Assembly (NCBI GenBank): GCA_035695245.1
Contig: DASSEQ010000054.1
Coordinates: forward strand, 731 to 64,730
Length of the DNA: 64,000 nt
DNA from: Mycobacteriales bacterium
GTDB taxonomy: Bacteria; Actinomycetota; Actinomycetes; JAFAQI01
Direction of reading: 5' to 3'
Positions 9,056 to 19,086 of this stretch are shown here, piece after piece. Under the pieces are notes generated by a model, which saw only the letters and a list, made by a program, of their open reading frames with translations, had not been told where the DNA came from and searched no databases. Numbering within the stretch: the first letter of the stretch is position 1; each line of letters opens with the position of its first letter. A program made the translations under genes and the position numbers.

Positions 9056-11104
9056 CTAGCCGCTCGTGCGCTTGGTGGTGCGTCGAGGCGTCGTCTTCTT
9101 GGCCGCTGCGCCGTTGGCCGCCCGCGTCGTGCGCGACCGCGTGCTGCCGTTGCTCCCGTTCGCGCTGCCGTTGGAGCGCCCGCGCAGGCCGTTGACATCC
9201 TGCGGCCCGAGCAATGCGAGCTCGTTCGGCGTGAGCACCGGTGGGATCTCTTTCTTCGGCCGTCGCCGGGCGCTTTCGAACACTCGTGCCGGTCGCTTCG
9301 GCACCGACGCAAAGATCTCGGCCAGCTCTTCCTTGCCGACGGTCTCCTTGTCGAACAGGCGCAGCACCAGATCGTCGAGCACGTCGCGGTGCTCTACGAG
9401 GATCTCCCACGCCTCGTCATGCGCTCGCTCGATGAGCGTGCGGATCTCGTCGTCGATCTGGCCGGCGATCTCCTCGGAGTAGTCGCGCTGGTGACCCATG
9501 TCGCGACCGAGAAAGACCTCGCCCTCACCCTGGCCGTAACGCACTGCTCCGAGCGAGTTGCTCATGCCGTACTGCATCACCATCGCCCGCGCGATTTGCG
9601 ACGCCTTCTCGATGTCGTTGGCCGCACCGGTGGTCGGCTCGTGGAAGACCAGCTCTTCGGCGGCGCGGCCGCCGAGTGCGTAGGCGAGCATGTCCATCAT
9701 CTCGCTGCGGGTCTGGGTGTACTTGTCTTCCTCCGGTAGCACCAGCGTGTGCCCGAGCGAACGACCTCGCGGCAGGATCGTCACCTTGTGCACCGGGTCG
9801 GTGTGCGGCAATGCGTAGGCGACGAGAGCATGGCCGCCCTCGTGATAGGCGGTGACCTTCTTTTCCTTGTCGCTCATCGCCCTGGTCTTGCGCATCGGAC
9901 CGGCGATGACGCGGTCGATGGATTCCTCGAGCATCGTCGTCGTGATCTGCTTCGCGTCGGTGCGCGCGGTCAGCAACGCCGCTTCGTTGATGACGTTGGC
10001 CAGGTCGGCGCCGGTGAAGCCGGGAGTGCGCCGGGCGATGACGTCGAGGTCCACGTCGGGGGCAAACGGCTTGCCCTTGGAGTGCACGCGCAGGATCGCC
10101 TTGCGGCCCTCGAGATCGGGCCGGTCGACAACGATCTGCCGGTCGAACCGGCCTGGGCGCAGCAGCGCCGGGTCGAGGATGTCCGGACGGTTGGTGGCGG
10201 CGATGAGGATCACGCCACGGTTGGTGTCGAATCCGTCCATCTCGACGAGCAGCTGGTTGAGGGTCTGCTCGCGTTCGTCGTGGCCACCGCCCAGACCTGC
10301 GCCGCGGTGCCGGCCGACTGCATCGATCTCGTCGACGAAGATGATTGCCGGCGCGTTGGCCTTCGCCTGCTCGAACAGGTCGCGCACCCGCGATGCACCG
10401 ACACCGACGAACATCTCGACGAAGTCGGAGCCGCTGATCGAGTAGAACGGCACGCCCGCCTCGCCGGCGACCGCGCGAGCGAGCAAGGTCTTACCGGTGC
10501 CGGGCGGGCCGTAGAGCAGCACGCCCTTGGGGATCTTCGCGCCGATGGCTTGGAACTTGGCCGGGTTCTCGAGGAACTCCTTGATCTCCTGGAGCTCCTC
10601 GATCGCCTCGTCCGCACCGGCAACGTCGGCGAACGTCGTTTTCGGTGTGTCCTTGCTCACCAGTTTGGCGCGTGCCTTGCCGAACTGCATGACCCGGCCG
10701 CCGCCGCCTTGCATCTGGTTGAGGATGAAGAACATCACCAACAAGATCAGCGCGAACGGGATCAGGCTGAACAGGAAGCCCACGAAGACGTTCTCGTGGG
10801 TCACGCTCACCTTGCGGGTGTCGATCCCGTTGCTCTTCAGCTCGTTGTAAAGGGATACGTCGTAGTTGGTCGTGTACGACGACTCCCACTTCGATCCGTC
10901 GTTGGTGGTGATCTGGATCTGCTGCTCTTTGTCCTTCAGCGTCGCCGACTTGACGTCGTGCAACGCGACCGCGTTCTCGATCTTGGACAGCGGCACGCTC
11001 TTGTAACCGCCGCTGCCGGACGTGAACGTCAACAGCGCCAGCACGACGACGACCGCGACCACCAGCCAGGTGATCGGGCCTCTGACGGTTCGGCGAAGAT
11101 TCAT
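9056..11104 (-). CDS. ftsH: ATP-dependent zinc metalloprotease FtsH
   Basis: Track ORF. Two N-terminal TM helices, Walker [19 protein letters not shown] and zinc site HEGGHAL. Low-complexity Gly/Ser/Asn/Lys C-terminal tail. Confidence 0.97.
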   Translation of the reverse strand: MNLRRTVRGPITWLVVAVVVVLALLTFTSGSGGYKSVPLSKIENAVALHDVKSATLKDKEQQIQITTNDGSKWESSYTTNYDVSLYNELKSNGIDTRKVSVTHENVFVGFLFSLIPFALILLVMFFILNQMQGGGGRVMQFGKARAKLVSKDTPKTTFADVAGADEAIEELQEIKEFLENPAKFQAIGAKIPKGVLLYGPPGTGKTLLARAVAGEAGVPFYSISGSDFVEMFVGVGASRVRDLFEQAKANAPAIIFVDEIDAVGRHRGAGLGGGHDEREQTLNQLLVEMDGFDTNRGVILIAATNRPDILDPALLRPGRFDRQIVVDRPDLEGRKAILRVHSKGKPFAPDVDLDVIARRTPGFTGADLANVINEAALLTARTDAKQITTTMLEESIDRVIAGPMRKTRAMSDKEKKVTAYHEGGHALVAYALPHTDPVHKVTILPRGRSLGHTLVLPEEDKYTQTRSEMMDMLAYALGGRAAEELVFHEPTTGAANDIEKASQIARAMVMQYGMSNSLGAVRYGQGEGEVFLGRDMGHQRDYSEEIAGQIDDEIRTLIERAHDEAWEILVEHRDVLDDLVLRLFDKETVGKEELAEIFASVPKRPARVFESARRRPKKEIPPVLTPNELALLGPQDVNGLRGRSNGSANGSNGSTRSRTTRAANGAAAKKTTPRRTTKRTSG

Positions 11105-11227
11105 CGGCTCGGGCCGCGCAAAGGCCCGTCCCTCCTGCTCGCGGGGAATGTTCGTTCCCTGGAAATGCTACGCCGGGCCGCCGCCGGCCGGGGGCTTGCG
11201 CAGTTCCTCATGCGAGCGACCGCACGG

Positions 11228-11818
11228 CTACTGGGCGTAGACCTCGGGCCGAAGGGTGCCCACGTAGGGCAGTTCCCGGTAGCGCTCCGCGTAGTCCAGC
11301 CCGTAGCCGACGACGAACACGCTCGGGATGTCGAACCCCTTGTAGCGGACCGGCACCTGCACCTGCGCCGCCTCCGGCTTGCGCAGCAGCGCCAGCACCT
11401 CCACCGAGGCGGGCTGGCGGGACTTCAGGTTGCGCAGCAGCCACGACAGCGTCAGCCCGGAGTCGATGATGTCCTCGACGACGAGCACGTCCCGGCCGGC
11501 GATGTCCCGGTCGAGGTCCTTGAGGATGCGGACGACGCCGCTGGTCGACGTGCCCGAGCCGTAGGAGGAGACGGCCATGAACTCCATCGAGACGGGCAGT
11601 GTGAGCGCCCGGGCCAGGTCCGCCATGACCATGACAGCGCCCTTGAGAACACCGACGAGCATGATCTCGCGGCCCTCGTAGTCGGTCTCGACCTGCTTGG
11701 CGAGCTCGGCGATCTTGTCCGCGATCTGTTGCTCGGAAACCAGCACACCCTCGATGTCCGGATGCAGGTCGGCGGGTTGTTCGGCGTCGGTTGCCATGGG
11801 CAACAGTGGCGCTGTCAT
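11228..11818 (-). CDS. hpt: hypoxanthine phosphoribosyltransferase
   Basis: Track ORF. PRPP loop [18 protein letters not shown] overlap with the tilS stop. Confidence 0.9.
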   Translation of the reverse strand: MTAPLLPMATDAEQPADLHPDIEGVLVSEQQIADKIAELAKQVETDYEGREIMLVGVLKGAVMVMADLARALTLPVSMEFMAVSSYGSGTSTSGVVRILKDLDRDIAGRDVLVVEDIIDSGLTLSWLLRNLKSRQPASVEVLALLRKPEAAQVQVPVRYKGFDIPSVFVVGYGLDYAERYRELPYVGTLRPEVYAQ

Positions 11819-12762
11819 CTCACCGAGAGCCTGTCACACCGGCGCTCGGCCACCAACCCCCCGGGCAGCGCCACCGGGCCCTGCCCCCGCCAGTCCGTGA
11901 CGAGACGCTCCATCGCCGTCACCTGCCGGCCGCTGAGCGCCCCTGCGGGCGATCCGGCGAGCACAGCGGCGCGGCGCAGCACCCGCGTTCGGACCGCTGC
12001 CGGCAAGGCGGCCAGCGCCGCGACATCGAGGCCGTCGGCAGCACACACATCGGGCCACGCCTTGTCAGCCCACTCGTCCAGTGCATCCGCGTCCTCGCGC
12101 AACATCTCGGCGCTGCGGCCGAGCGCTGCAACCGCGCCGGCGCCCAGCACCGCTTCGAGAACGGGCATGAGATCGAGCCGGACCGCGCTGCGCAGGAACC
12201 GCCGGTCGCCGTTGTGCGGGTCCACCCACGGTTCGAGGCCCAGCGCGGCGCAGGCCGCGGCCGTGTCGGCGCGACGCAGGCCGAGGAATGGCCGCCGGTA
12301 GTGGCCGCTCACCGCCGCCATGCCGGCCAGCGAGCGCGCCCCGGAGCCGCGCGCCAGCCCCAGCAACACCGTCTCGGCCTGGTCGTCGAGCGTGTGCCCG
12401 AGCAGCAGGACCTCCGCGTCGAGTCGGTCCAGGGCGCGATAGCGAGCCGAGCGGGCCGCCGCTTCCGGACCGCCGCGGCGACCGACGCGTACCCGCCGTA
12501 CGACGGGATCCAACCCGAGCTCTCGGCACTGGTCGGCGGCAACGGCCGCCTGCTGGTCGCTCCCGGCCTGCAGACCGTGGTCGATGACCGCGGCACCCGG
12601 GCACAACCTCCGCCTCGGCGCGGCATGGGCGAGCGCGGCGGCAAGGGCAAGCGAGTCCGCGCCGCCGGACACGGCCGCGGTGACCCTCGTCCCGGGCGGC
12701 AGGTCAGCGAGCGCCGCCCGCATTGCAGCCCGCGTGCGGAGCACCGCGGGATCGTGCCTCAC
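11815..12762 (-). CDS. tilS: tRNA(Ile)-lysidine synthase
   Basis: Track ORF 11815..12801. Start placed at GTG 12762 (GTGA overlap with the upstream stop); ATG 12723 is an alternative. PP-loop [12 protein letters not shown]. Confidence 0.85.
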   Translation of the reverse strand: MRHDPAVLRTRAAMRAALADLPPGTRVTAAVSGGADSLALAAALAHAAPRRRLCPGAAVIDHGLQAGSDQQAAVAADQCRELGLDPVVRRVRVGRRGGPEAAARSARYRALDRLDAEVLLLGHTLDDQAETVLLGLARGSGARSLAGMAAVSGHYRRPFLGLRRADTAAACAALGLEPWVDPHNGDRRFLRSAVRLDLMPVLEAVLGAGAVAALGRSAEMLREDADALDEWADKAWPDVCAADGLDVAALAALPAAVRTRVLRRAAVLAGSPAGALSGRQVTAMERLVTDWRGQGPVALPGGLVAERRCDRLSVR

Positions 12763-13838
12763 GCCGTGATCGCCGGCGGGGAGCCGGTGCGGGCAAGCCA
12801 CGCGGCCGGGTCGCGAATCTCCGCCACGTCCGGCAGCAAGTCCGCGCTCTGCCAGATCTTGTTGAGCCCTTCCATGCCCACAGCGGCAACCACGCCGCGG
12901 ACGAACTCGGCACCCTCCGCGTATTGCCGCATCTTCATGTCGAGTCCGAGCAGGCGGCGCACAGCCCGATCGACCGGGCCGCCGGACCGGCGACGCTGCT
13001 CGAAACGGGCGCGGATCGTGGCGACGGAGGGGACGACCTGCGGACCTACACCGTCCATGACGACGTCGGCATGTCCCTCGAGCAGGCTCATCAGCCCGGT
13101 CACCTTGTCGAGCACGACTCGCTGCTCCGGGGTTTGCACGAGCTCCAGCAGCGAGAGCTGTGATCGTCCGCGGACGCTGTCGCTGAGCCCCCGCACGGCA
13201 TGGCGAAACCGCGACACCAAGGCGGCCGGATCGAGATCGGAAGCGCCGAGGTAGTCACGCAGCAGCGTCCGAACGTGCTCGTGCAGCCAAGGAGCGGCCG
13301 CAAACTGCGTGCGGTGCGTCACCTCGTGCAAACAGACCCACAGCCGGAAGTCCGGTGCATCGACTCCGAGCGAGCGCTCCGCGGCGACGATGTTGGGCGC
13401 GACCAACGTCAGGCGGCCGCCGGGCGCACCCTCGGTGGGCGCCGGGCCGAAGAGCTCGAACTGGCCGAGCACCCGCGAGGACAGGTAAGCGAGCAACGCG
13501 CCGACCTCCAGACCCGTCGCGCGCGGCCCCACCGCAGTCATCACCGGACCCAGCGCCTCAGCGCGCTTGGCCAGCACGGTGTCGAGCAACGGGTCGACGA
13601 GCTCGGCGAACGACGCGGCGTTGCTGCGGATCCAGCCGGGTCGGTCGACGACCGCGAAGCCGACGCCGTCGGCACAGGCGGGCAACCCGGTGTACGCCGA
13701 GACGTGCCCCTCCGCCTCGGCCGCGCGCCGGCGCAGGTCCTCCACCGTGGCCACCGCCTCGGCGAGCTCGAGCCGAGGGCCCGGCGGGACCAGCCGTGTC
13801 GCGGTCGCGGTGGCGAGGTCCCAATCGACGAGCTGCAT
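12759..13838 (-). CDS. zinc-dependent metalloprotease (DUF2342 family)
   Basis: Track ORF. HExxH motif in LHEVTHRTQF. The position between dacB and tilS matches other actinobacteria. Confidence 0.75.
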   Translation of the reverse strand: MQLVDWDLATATATRLVPPGPRLELAEAVATVEDLRRRAAEAEGHVSAYTGLPACADGVGFAVVDRPGWIRSNAASFAELVDPLLDTVLAKRAEALGPVMTAVGPRATGLEVGALLAYLSSRVLGQFELFGPAPTEGAPGGRLTLVAPNIVAAERSLGVDAPDFRLWVCLHEVTHRTQFAAAPWLHEHVRTLLRDYLGASDLDPAALVSRFRHAVRGLSDSVRGRSQLSLLELVQTPEQRVVLDKVTGLMSLLEGHADVVMDGVGPQVVPSVATIRARFEQRRRSGGPVDRAVRRLLGLDMKMRQYAEGAEFVRGVVAAVGMEGLNKIWQSADLLPDVAEIRDPAAWLARTGSPPAITA

Positions 13839-13863
13839 CGACCAACGCTAACGCCGGGAGCGG

Positions 13864-15282
13864 TCAAACACCGGCGAGTGCGGCAACCAGCCGATCCAGC
13901 GCGGGTTCGGCGGTGTCCGGCGACACCGCATGCCCGGTGAGAAAAGCGAAGACGAGCAACCGACCGTCCGTGTCGACGACATACCCGGCGATCGTGTTGA
14001 CGCCGAGCAACGTGCCGGTCTTGGCCCGCGCAAGCCCGGCCGCGGCAGAAACATCGCGCCGGCGGTAGCGGTCGGCAAGGGTGCCGGTCAGTCCGGCGAT
14101 CGGGAGACCATCGAGGAGCGGACGAAGTTCCGGGTGCGTCGGCGAGATCGCCAGCCGAAGCACGTCGATGAGAAGCGTCGGCGGCACGCGATCGAGCCGG
14201 GACAGCCCGCTGGCGTCGACAAGACGCAGGCTGGTGGTGGGCACCCCCAAGCGGGTGAGCGCGCTGGCGACCGCCGCCGCTTCACCGGAGAAGTCACGGC
14301 TGGCGCCCTCGTGTCCCGCGACCGTGCGACCCAGTGCCTCCGCGAGGTCGTTGTCGCTCACGGTCAGCATGCGCTGCACCAGCGCAGCGACGGGCGGTGA
14401 CGAAACTGACGCGATGACAGTTGCCGTCGCCGGCGCGACCGCCCGGCATCCGCTGGTGCGCAGCCGCACGCCGTCGGCCGCGACATCCTCGGCGAAGGCC
14501 GCCGCGGCCGCGCCCGCTGGGTCAGCGACCCTGGCGTTCTGGCCGATGGTCGCAACGCCCTCGTCGACCTCGAGTGCCGACAGCGGTGCGATGTCCCCGT
14601 CGTTGAAGTAGGACTGCGACCAGCCGGGAGCCCGCGCCGGCCCGTCCCAGGCGCTCGTGTCGGCACAGAGCCGCAGCGGGCCTGGAGTCGCACCGCTCGG
14701 AGTCGCACCAGTCGGGGCCGCGCGCAGCGCCGCGACGGTCCGTGTCGCGAGCGTGGCGATATCGGCAACCGGCGGATACGCCGGGCGGGCTCTGGCGCGC
14801 AGCGTGACGTCGCCTCCACCCACGAGGTAGACGGTGTCGCCTGCCCTCACCACCTTTGTGCTCAAGGTGGCGGTGGGTCCCAACGTGGTCAACGCCGCAG
14901 CCGCGGTGAGCAGCTTCGCCGTCGACGCCGGCGGCAGCGATGTTGTCGCGTCACGGTCGAAGAGCACATCGCCGGTCGCCGCATCGACCACTTCACCGAC
15001 GATCGAGCCGCCGAAAGCGGGGCTGCGCAAACCCGATCCGAGCGCTGTCTGCACTGCAGCAGCGCTCGGTGCGGGCGCCGTCGTGGGGAGCGCCTGCAGC
15101 AGAGCCGGCCGGGTGGGCGCGGCCGCCGAAGCCGGCGACGCCACGTGTCGATGTTTCGGCCGGATGAGCAGATAGGCGGTGCCCGCGCCCGCGGCGACCG
15201 CGATGACGACCGCGACCACAACCCAGCGCGACTTGCCGATCACCGTACGGGACACTAACGACGTGGAGTTCGACGTCACCAT
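13864..15282 (-). CDS. dacB: D-alanyl-D-alanine carboxypeptidase/endopeptidase (PBP4 family)
   Basis: Track ORF 13864..15309. Start is ATG 15282 or GTG 15243. N-terminal TM helix; SxxK (PASTAKLL), SxN (VSDNDL) and KTG (AKTGTL). Confidence 0.85.
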   Translation of the reverse strand: MVTSNSTSLVSRTVIGKSRWVVVAVVIAVAAGAGTAYLLIRPKHRHVASPASAAAPTRPALLQALPTTAPAPSAAAVQTALGSGLRSPAFGGSIVGEVVDAATGDVLFDRDATTSLPPASTAKLLTAAAALTTLGPTATLSTKVVRAGDTVYLVGGGDVTLRARARPAYPPVADIATLATRTVAALRAAPTGATPSGATPGPLRLCADTSAWDGPARAPGWSQSYFNDGDIAPLSALEVDEGVATIGQNARVADPAGAAAAAFAEDVAADGVRLRTSGCRAVAPATATVIASVSSPPVAALVQRMLTVSDNDLAEALGRTVAGHEGASRDFSGEAAAVASALTRLGVPTTSLRLVDASGLSRLDRVPPTLLIDVLRLAISPTHPELRPLLDGLPIAGLTGTLADRYRRRDVSAAAGLARAKTGTLLGVNTIAGYVVDTDGRLLVFAFLTGHAVSPDTAEPALDRLVAALAGV

Positions 15283-15760
15283 CGAGATCCCGAAAGGGCA
15301 ACGCAACAAGTACGAGATGGATCACGCGACCGGGCGGATCCGCCTCGACCGCACGTTGTTCACGGCGACGCAGTACCCCGCCGACTACGGGTTCATCGAC
15401 GGCACGCTCGGCGAGGACGGCGACCCGCTCGACGCACTGGTGCTGTTGCAAGAGCCCACGTTTCCCGGCTGCCTGATCCTCTGCCGCGCGATCGGGATGT
15501 TCCGGATGCAGGACGAGGCGGGCGGTGACGACAAGGTGCTCTGCGTTCCGTCGCACGACCCGCGGCTCGAGCACCTCCAGGACATCCGGCACCTGCCCGA
15601 GTTCGACAAGTTGGAGATCCAGCATTTCTTCGAGGTCTACAAGGACCTCGAGCCCGGCAAGAGCGTGGAAGGTGCGCACTGGGCCGGCCGGCAAGAAGCG
15701 GAAGCCGAGATCGAGGCGTCTCGCAAGCGGCTGGAGCAAGCCAACCCCGGCGAGCACTGA
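15263..15760 (+). CDS. ppa: inorganic pyrophosphatase (soluble, family I)
   Basis: Track ORF 15179..15760 trimmed to GTG 15263 ([21 protein letters not shown]), matching the usual PPase N-terminus. Motif DGDPLDALV. Confidence 0.9.
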   Translation: MEFDVTIEIPKGQRNKYEMDHATGRIRLDRTLFTATQYPADYGFIDGTLGEDGDPLDALVLLQEPTFPGCLILCRAIGMFRMQDEAGGDDKVLCVPSHDPRLEHLQDIRHLPEFDKLEIQHFFEVYKDLEPGKSVEGAHWAGRQEAEAEIEASRKRLEQANPGEH

Positions 15761-15779
15761 GCTCTCCCGGCACATGCGA

Positions 15780-15814
15780 CTGCCCGCCGCAGGGCGGGTC
15801 CCCGCGGCGGGCAG
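15780..15814. terminator. GC-rich hairpin between convergent genes (candidate bidirectional terminator)
   Basis: Perfect 11-bp inverted repeat CTGCCCGCCGC ... GCGGCGGGCAG, 20 nt after the ppa stop and 17 nt after the stop of the minus-strand membrane-protein gene. No clear U-tract. Confidence 0.55.
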
Positions 15815-15830
15815 CGCGTTGCTAGCTGTG

Positions 15831-16145
15831 TTACGCCGTCTTGGCGCGGTCACGACCGCCGATGCTGATCGAAACGCCGAGGCTGTTGGCGAGCGCGCGG
15901 AGGAACTCACCCGCACCCACGAGGACCACACCGGTGGCGACCGGGTTCATCCAGCTCGCGCGAAGCGGCTGGCCGAAAGCCCGGAACACCGAGTAGTCGA
16001 TGGCCCAGCTGGCGAGGATCGCGATGCCGACGGTCATGGTCGTCGAAAGCGCGCGCGGCATCTTGACCGGCAGCACCTCGTTGAGGACCTCTCCGACCAC
16101 CGCGAGCGCGAGCGCCAGGCCCACGAACACGACGAACGCGTACAT
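15831..16145 (-). CDS. small hydrophobic membrane protein, unknown function
   Basis: Track ORF 15831..16169 trimmed to ATG 16145 (MYAFVVFVGLALALAVV..). About 3 hydrophobic helices. Confidence 0.5.
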   Translation of the reverse strand: MYAFVVFVGLALALAVVGEVLNEVLPVKMPRALSTTMTVGIAILASWAIDYSVFRAFGQPLRASWMNPVATGVVLVGAGEFLRALANSLGVSISIGGRDRAKTA

Positions 16146-16288
16146 CTTGTTGCCTCCTCTGCGGCGCACGGCGCGCCGCTCACACCAAGTTCGACTCGGC
16201 GTACGACGCTTGGTTACAGCAGTTCAGAAACTTTTTCTGCGCCTTCTTCTGGGGCGTAACGTCCGGGACCGACGGGAGGTCCAACGAG

Positions 16289-16876
16289 GTGTACGTCGAC
16301 CCGGCCCTCGTCCGGGCCTGTCAACGCGGCGAGCAGGGGGCGCTCGACGAGTTGATCCGCGCGACGTACACCGACGTCTACGCGCTCTGCCGGCGCATGC
16401 TGGCCGATCGGGACGAGGCGGCGGACGCCACGCAGGAGGTGTTCGTGCGGGTCATGCGATCGGTCGTGGGTTTTCGCGGCGAGGCCGCGTTCGGCACGTG
16501 GTTGCACAAGGTCAGCGTCAACGTGTGCCTGACGGCGCTCCGCAAACGTTCGAAGGCGCGCGCCGCAGGAATGGTCGCCGGCGGCACCGCGTTCGCCCTT
16601 CCGGGCGAGGAGTGGCAGGTGCCGTCTGAGTCGGCGTCGCCGCTGGAAGCCGCGGAGACCGCCGATCTGCTCGCCAGGTCCGAAGTAGCCCTGGCCGCGC
16701 TGCCGGAAGACGCCAGGGCGGTCGTGGTGTTGCGAGACATCGAGGGACTGAGCACGAAAGAGGTGGCCGACCTGCTCGGAGTGACGGAGAACGTCGTCAA
16801 GGTGCGCCTGCATCGCGCGCACGCACGGCTCCGCGCTGCGCTCGCGGCGCCGCCCTCGGGACAGGTCGCGACATGA
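16289..16876 (+). CDS. ECF-type RNA polymerase sigma-70 family factor
   Basis: Track ORF. Region 2 (DATQEVFVRV.. FGTWLHKVSVN) and region 4 HTH (LSTKEVADLLGVTENVVKVRLHRA). ATGA overlap with the downstream anti-sigma gene. Confidence 0.88.
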   Translation: MYVDPALVRACQRGEQGALDELIRATYTDVYALCRRMLADRDEAADATQEVFVRVMRSVVGFRGEAAFGTWLHKVSVNVCLTALRKRSKARAAGMVAGGTAFALPGEEWQVPSESASPLEAAETADLLARSEVALAALPEDARAVVVLRDIEGLSTKEVADLLGVTENVVKVRLHRAHARLRAALAAPPSGQVAT

Positions 16877-17292
16877 GCGACGACCACACCAACGAGGGAC
16901 CGCGCTTCTGCCGCGAAACCCAGGCCCAGCTCCCCTTCCTCGTCAGCGGAGAGCTGACCGGCTGGGGTGCGCGCGTAGTGCGCGCACACGTCCGACGCTG
17001 CGCCGACTGCAGCGCCGAGCTCAGTCGCCAGGAACAGCTCTCGAGCGCGCTCGCTTCAATGCGCGAGTCACGGCTCGAGCCACCGCCGGGCTTGCTCGAC
17101 GACCTCCTGCATCGCGCCCGCGGCGGAGGTCTGCGCGAACGCGCCGCCGTGCCGGCGCGAGGCGCAGTGAGTGGCGCTCGACCGGCGATGTCGGTCGCCT
17201 TCCTCACCGTCGGCGCGGCTGCCTCGACCGGTGTGGGCTACGCCGTCTACCGCGGTGCTCGCTGGGCGCTGTCCCGCCGTCGCTCAAGCTGA
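16873..17292 (+). CDS. anti-sigma factor (zf-HC2 type, C-terminal TM helix)
   Basis: Track ORF. H-x3-C-x2-C motif (HVRRCADC) and hydrophobic segment MSVAFLTVGAAASTGVGYAV. Translationally coupled to the sigma gene. Confidence 0.8.
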   Translation: MSDDHTNEGPRFCRETQAQLPFLVSGELTGWGARVVRAHVRRCADCSAELSRQEQLSSALASMRESRLEPPPGLLDDLLHRARGGGLRERAAVPARGAVSGARPAMSVAFLTVGAAASTGVGYAVYRGARWALSRRRSS

Positions 17293-19017
17293 CTCCGGAC
17301 GGGTGTCGACGATCGTGCGCCGGTTGTCCGGCGCGACCAGTCGACGCGCGTCCGCATTCTCGTCATCGGTCTGCTCCTGCGAAGCGCGCTCGGCCGCGAC
17401 GCGCGCGTCGTACGCCGCGATCTCTCGGGTGAGCTGCTCATCGTCCCAGCCGAGCACATCGGCGAGCAATGCGGCGACCGGCTTCATGCTTTCGACGCCG
17501 CGATGTGAGGTCTCGATCGAGATTCTTGTGCGGCGGGCAAGCACGTCGTCGAGATGCAGTGCACCTTCGTGCGTTGCGGCGTAACGGATTTCGGCCAGCA
17601 AGTACTCACCCGCGCCCGGCACCGGTTCGAGCAGCAGTGGATCGTCGGCGGCGCAGGCCAGCACCTCGTCGAGCAGCGCCCCATAGCGGCCGAGCAGGTG
17701 GTCGACCCGCCATCGCGGCAGGCCGAGATCGTCGGCCAGGCGCTCGGCCTGGTTGGCCAGTGCGTGATAGCCGTCGGCACCGAGCAGCGGGATCTGGTCG
17801 GTGACGCAGGGCGGGGTGTGCCGGCCGAGGTCGCGTACGGCGGCATCGACGGCGTCCTTGGCCATGACGCGGTAGGTCGTGTACTTGCCGCCGGCGACCG
17901 ACACCATGCCACGAGGTGCGTGGCTGATCGCGTGCTCGCGGGAGAGCTGCGACGTGTCTTCCTGTTCGCCGGACAGCAACGGCCGGAGGCCGGCGTACAC
18001 GCCGCTGATGTCCTGTCGAGAGAGCGGCACGGCCAACACCTCGTTGACCCTTTCGAGCACGTAGTCGATGTCAACGCTGCTCGCGGCCGGATGCGCCTTG
18101 TCGTAGTGCCAGTCGTTGTCCGTCGTACCGATGATCCAGTGATCGCCCCACGGGATCACGAACAGGACGGACTTCTCCGTACGCAGGATGATGCCGGTCT
18201 CGGACGAGATGCGATCACGCGGCACCACGATGTGAATGCCCTTGGAGGCACGCACTTTGAACTCGCCGCGGCTGTCGGCGAGCCGCTGCACATCGTCGGT
18301 CCAGACTCCGGTGGCGTTCACCACGACACCGGCGCGGACCTGGATGTGGTCGCCGGTCTCCGTGTCACGGAACTCGGCGCCGACGACACGGCCGCCCTCG
18401 CGGGTGAAGGCCACGACTTCCGTCGACGAACGAACGATCGCGCCGTACGCCGCTGCTGTCCGGACCAGTGTCAGCGTGTGCCGAGCGTCGTCGGCCTGTG
18501 CGTCGTAATAACGAACGCCGCCGACCAGAGCGCCGCGCTTGAGCGCCGGCGCGATCGCGCGTGCGCCGCGGCGGGACAGATGGCGATGGCGGGGCAGTGC
18601 CCTTGCGCCACCGAGGAAGTCGTAGAGCGCGAGCCCGGCGCCGACGTAGGCCCGCTCCCAGCCGTAGTGCGTCAGCGGGTAGAGAAACGAGACCGGGCGC
18701 ACGAGGTGCGGTGCGAGTCGGGTAAAGCTGAGGTCGCGTTCGCGCAGCGCCTCGCGCACGAGCTGGAAGTCCATCTGCTCGAGATAGCGCAGCCCGCCAT
18801 GGAACAGTTTGCTCGAGCGGGACGACGTACCGCTGCCGAAGTCGCGCGCCTCGACCAGGGCGGTGGACAACCCGCGCGTCACTGCGTCGAGCGCGACACC
18901 GGCGCCGGTGACGCCGCCGCCGACCACGAGGACGTCGACCTGTCCGCCGTCGAGCGCTGACCACGCATCGGCGCGGGCCTGCGGCCCCAGCTGAGATGTC
19001 TCGCGCATCACGACCAA
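17284..19017 (-). CDS. glpD: FAD-dependent glycerol-3-phosphate dehydrogenase
   Basis: Track ORF. Dinucleotide fold DVLVVGGGVTGAGVALDA; GlpD-type length and C-terminal domain. Start is TTG 19017 or ATG 19008. Confidence 0.88.
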   Translation of the reverse strand: MVVMRETSQLGPQARADAWSALDGGQVDVLVVGGGVTGAGVALDAVTRGLSTALVEARDFGSGTSSRSSKLFHGGLRYLEQMDFQLVREALRERDLSFTRLAPHLVRPVSFLYPLTHYGWERAYVGAGLALYDFLGGARALPRHRHLSRRGARAIAPALKRGALVGGVRYYDAQADDARHTLTLVRTAAAYGAIVRSSTEVVAFTREGGRVVGAEFRDTETGDHIQVRAGVVVNATGVWTDDVQRLADSRGEFKVRASKGIHIVVPRDRISSETGIILRTEKSVLFVIPWGDHWIIGTTDNDWHYDKAHPAASSVDIDYVLERVNEVLAVPLSRQDISGVYAGLRPLLSGEQEDTSQLSREHAISHAPRGMVSVAGGKYTTYRVMAKDAVDAAVRDLGRHTPPCVTDQIPLLGADGYHALANQAERLADDLGLPRWRVDHLLGRYGALLDEVLACAADDPLLLEPVPGAGEYLLAEIRYAATHEGALHLDDVLARRTRISIETSHRGVESMKPVAALLADVLGWDDEQLTREIAAYDARVAAERASQEQTDDENADARRLVAPDNRRTIVDTRPESA

Positions 19018-19036
19018 GCCTACGAGTCGGAAAGCC

Positions 19037-19070
19037 GAGGGCCCGGCCGGCTCACGCCGACCGGGCCCTC
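19037..19070 (-). terminator. intrinsic-terminator-like hairpin after the ABC substrate-binding protein gene
   Basis: 15-bp stem (GAGGGCCCGGCCGGC / GCCGACCGGGCCCTC, one mismatch) with a 4-nt loop. It starts about 17 nt downstream of the stop at 19087 on the minus strand and is followed by a short pyrimidine/U-containing stretch. Confidence 0.6.
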
Positions 19071-19086
19071 GTGGGTTCGGACCCTG

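Noticed and set aside
8484-9410. Long N-terminal extensions of several track ORFs (folE 308 aa; also 33845..35071, 2050..2715, 25305..27230, 47791..49035, 53672..54511)
   Set aside because: The extensions overlap the upstream gene in another frame and are Arg/Pro/Gly-rich. Trimming to the start that abuts or overlaps the upstream stop by 4 nt gives family-typical lengths and N-termini.
9749-12301. 850-aa plus-strand ORF
   Set aside because: It lies antisense to ftsH, hpt and tilS, and is Arg/Asp/Gly/Leu-rich without motifs. It is a shadow ORF.
16146-16288. ECF-type autoregulatory promoter (GGAAC-N16/17-CGT) upstream of the sigma factor gene
   Set aside because: Only a GAAAC and a CGTAA are present, separated by about 23 nt. 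The small AT-rich hairpin CAGAAA-CTT-TTTCTG is there, but I cannot support a promoter call.
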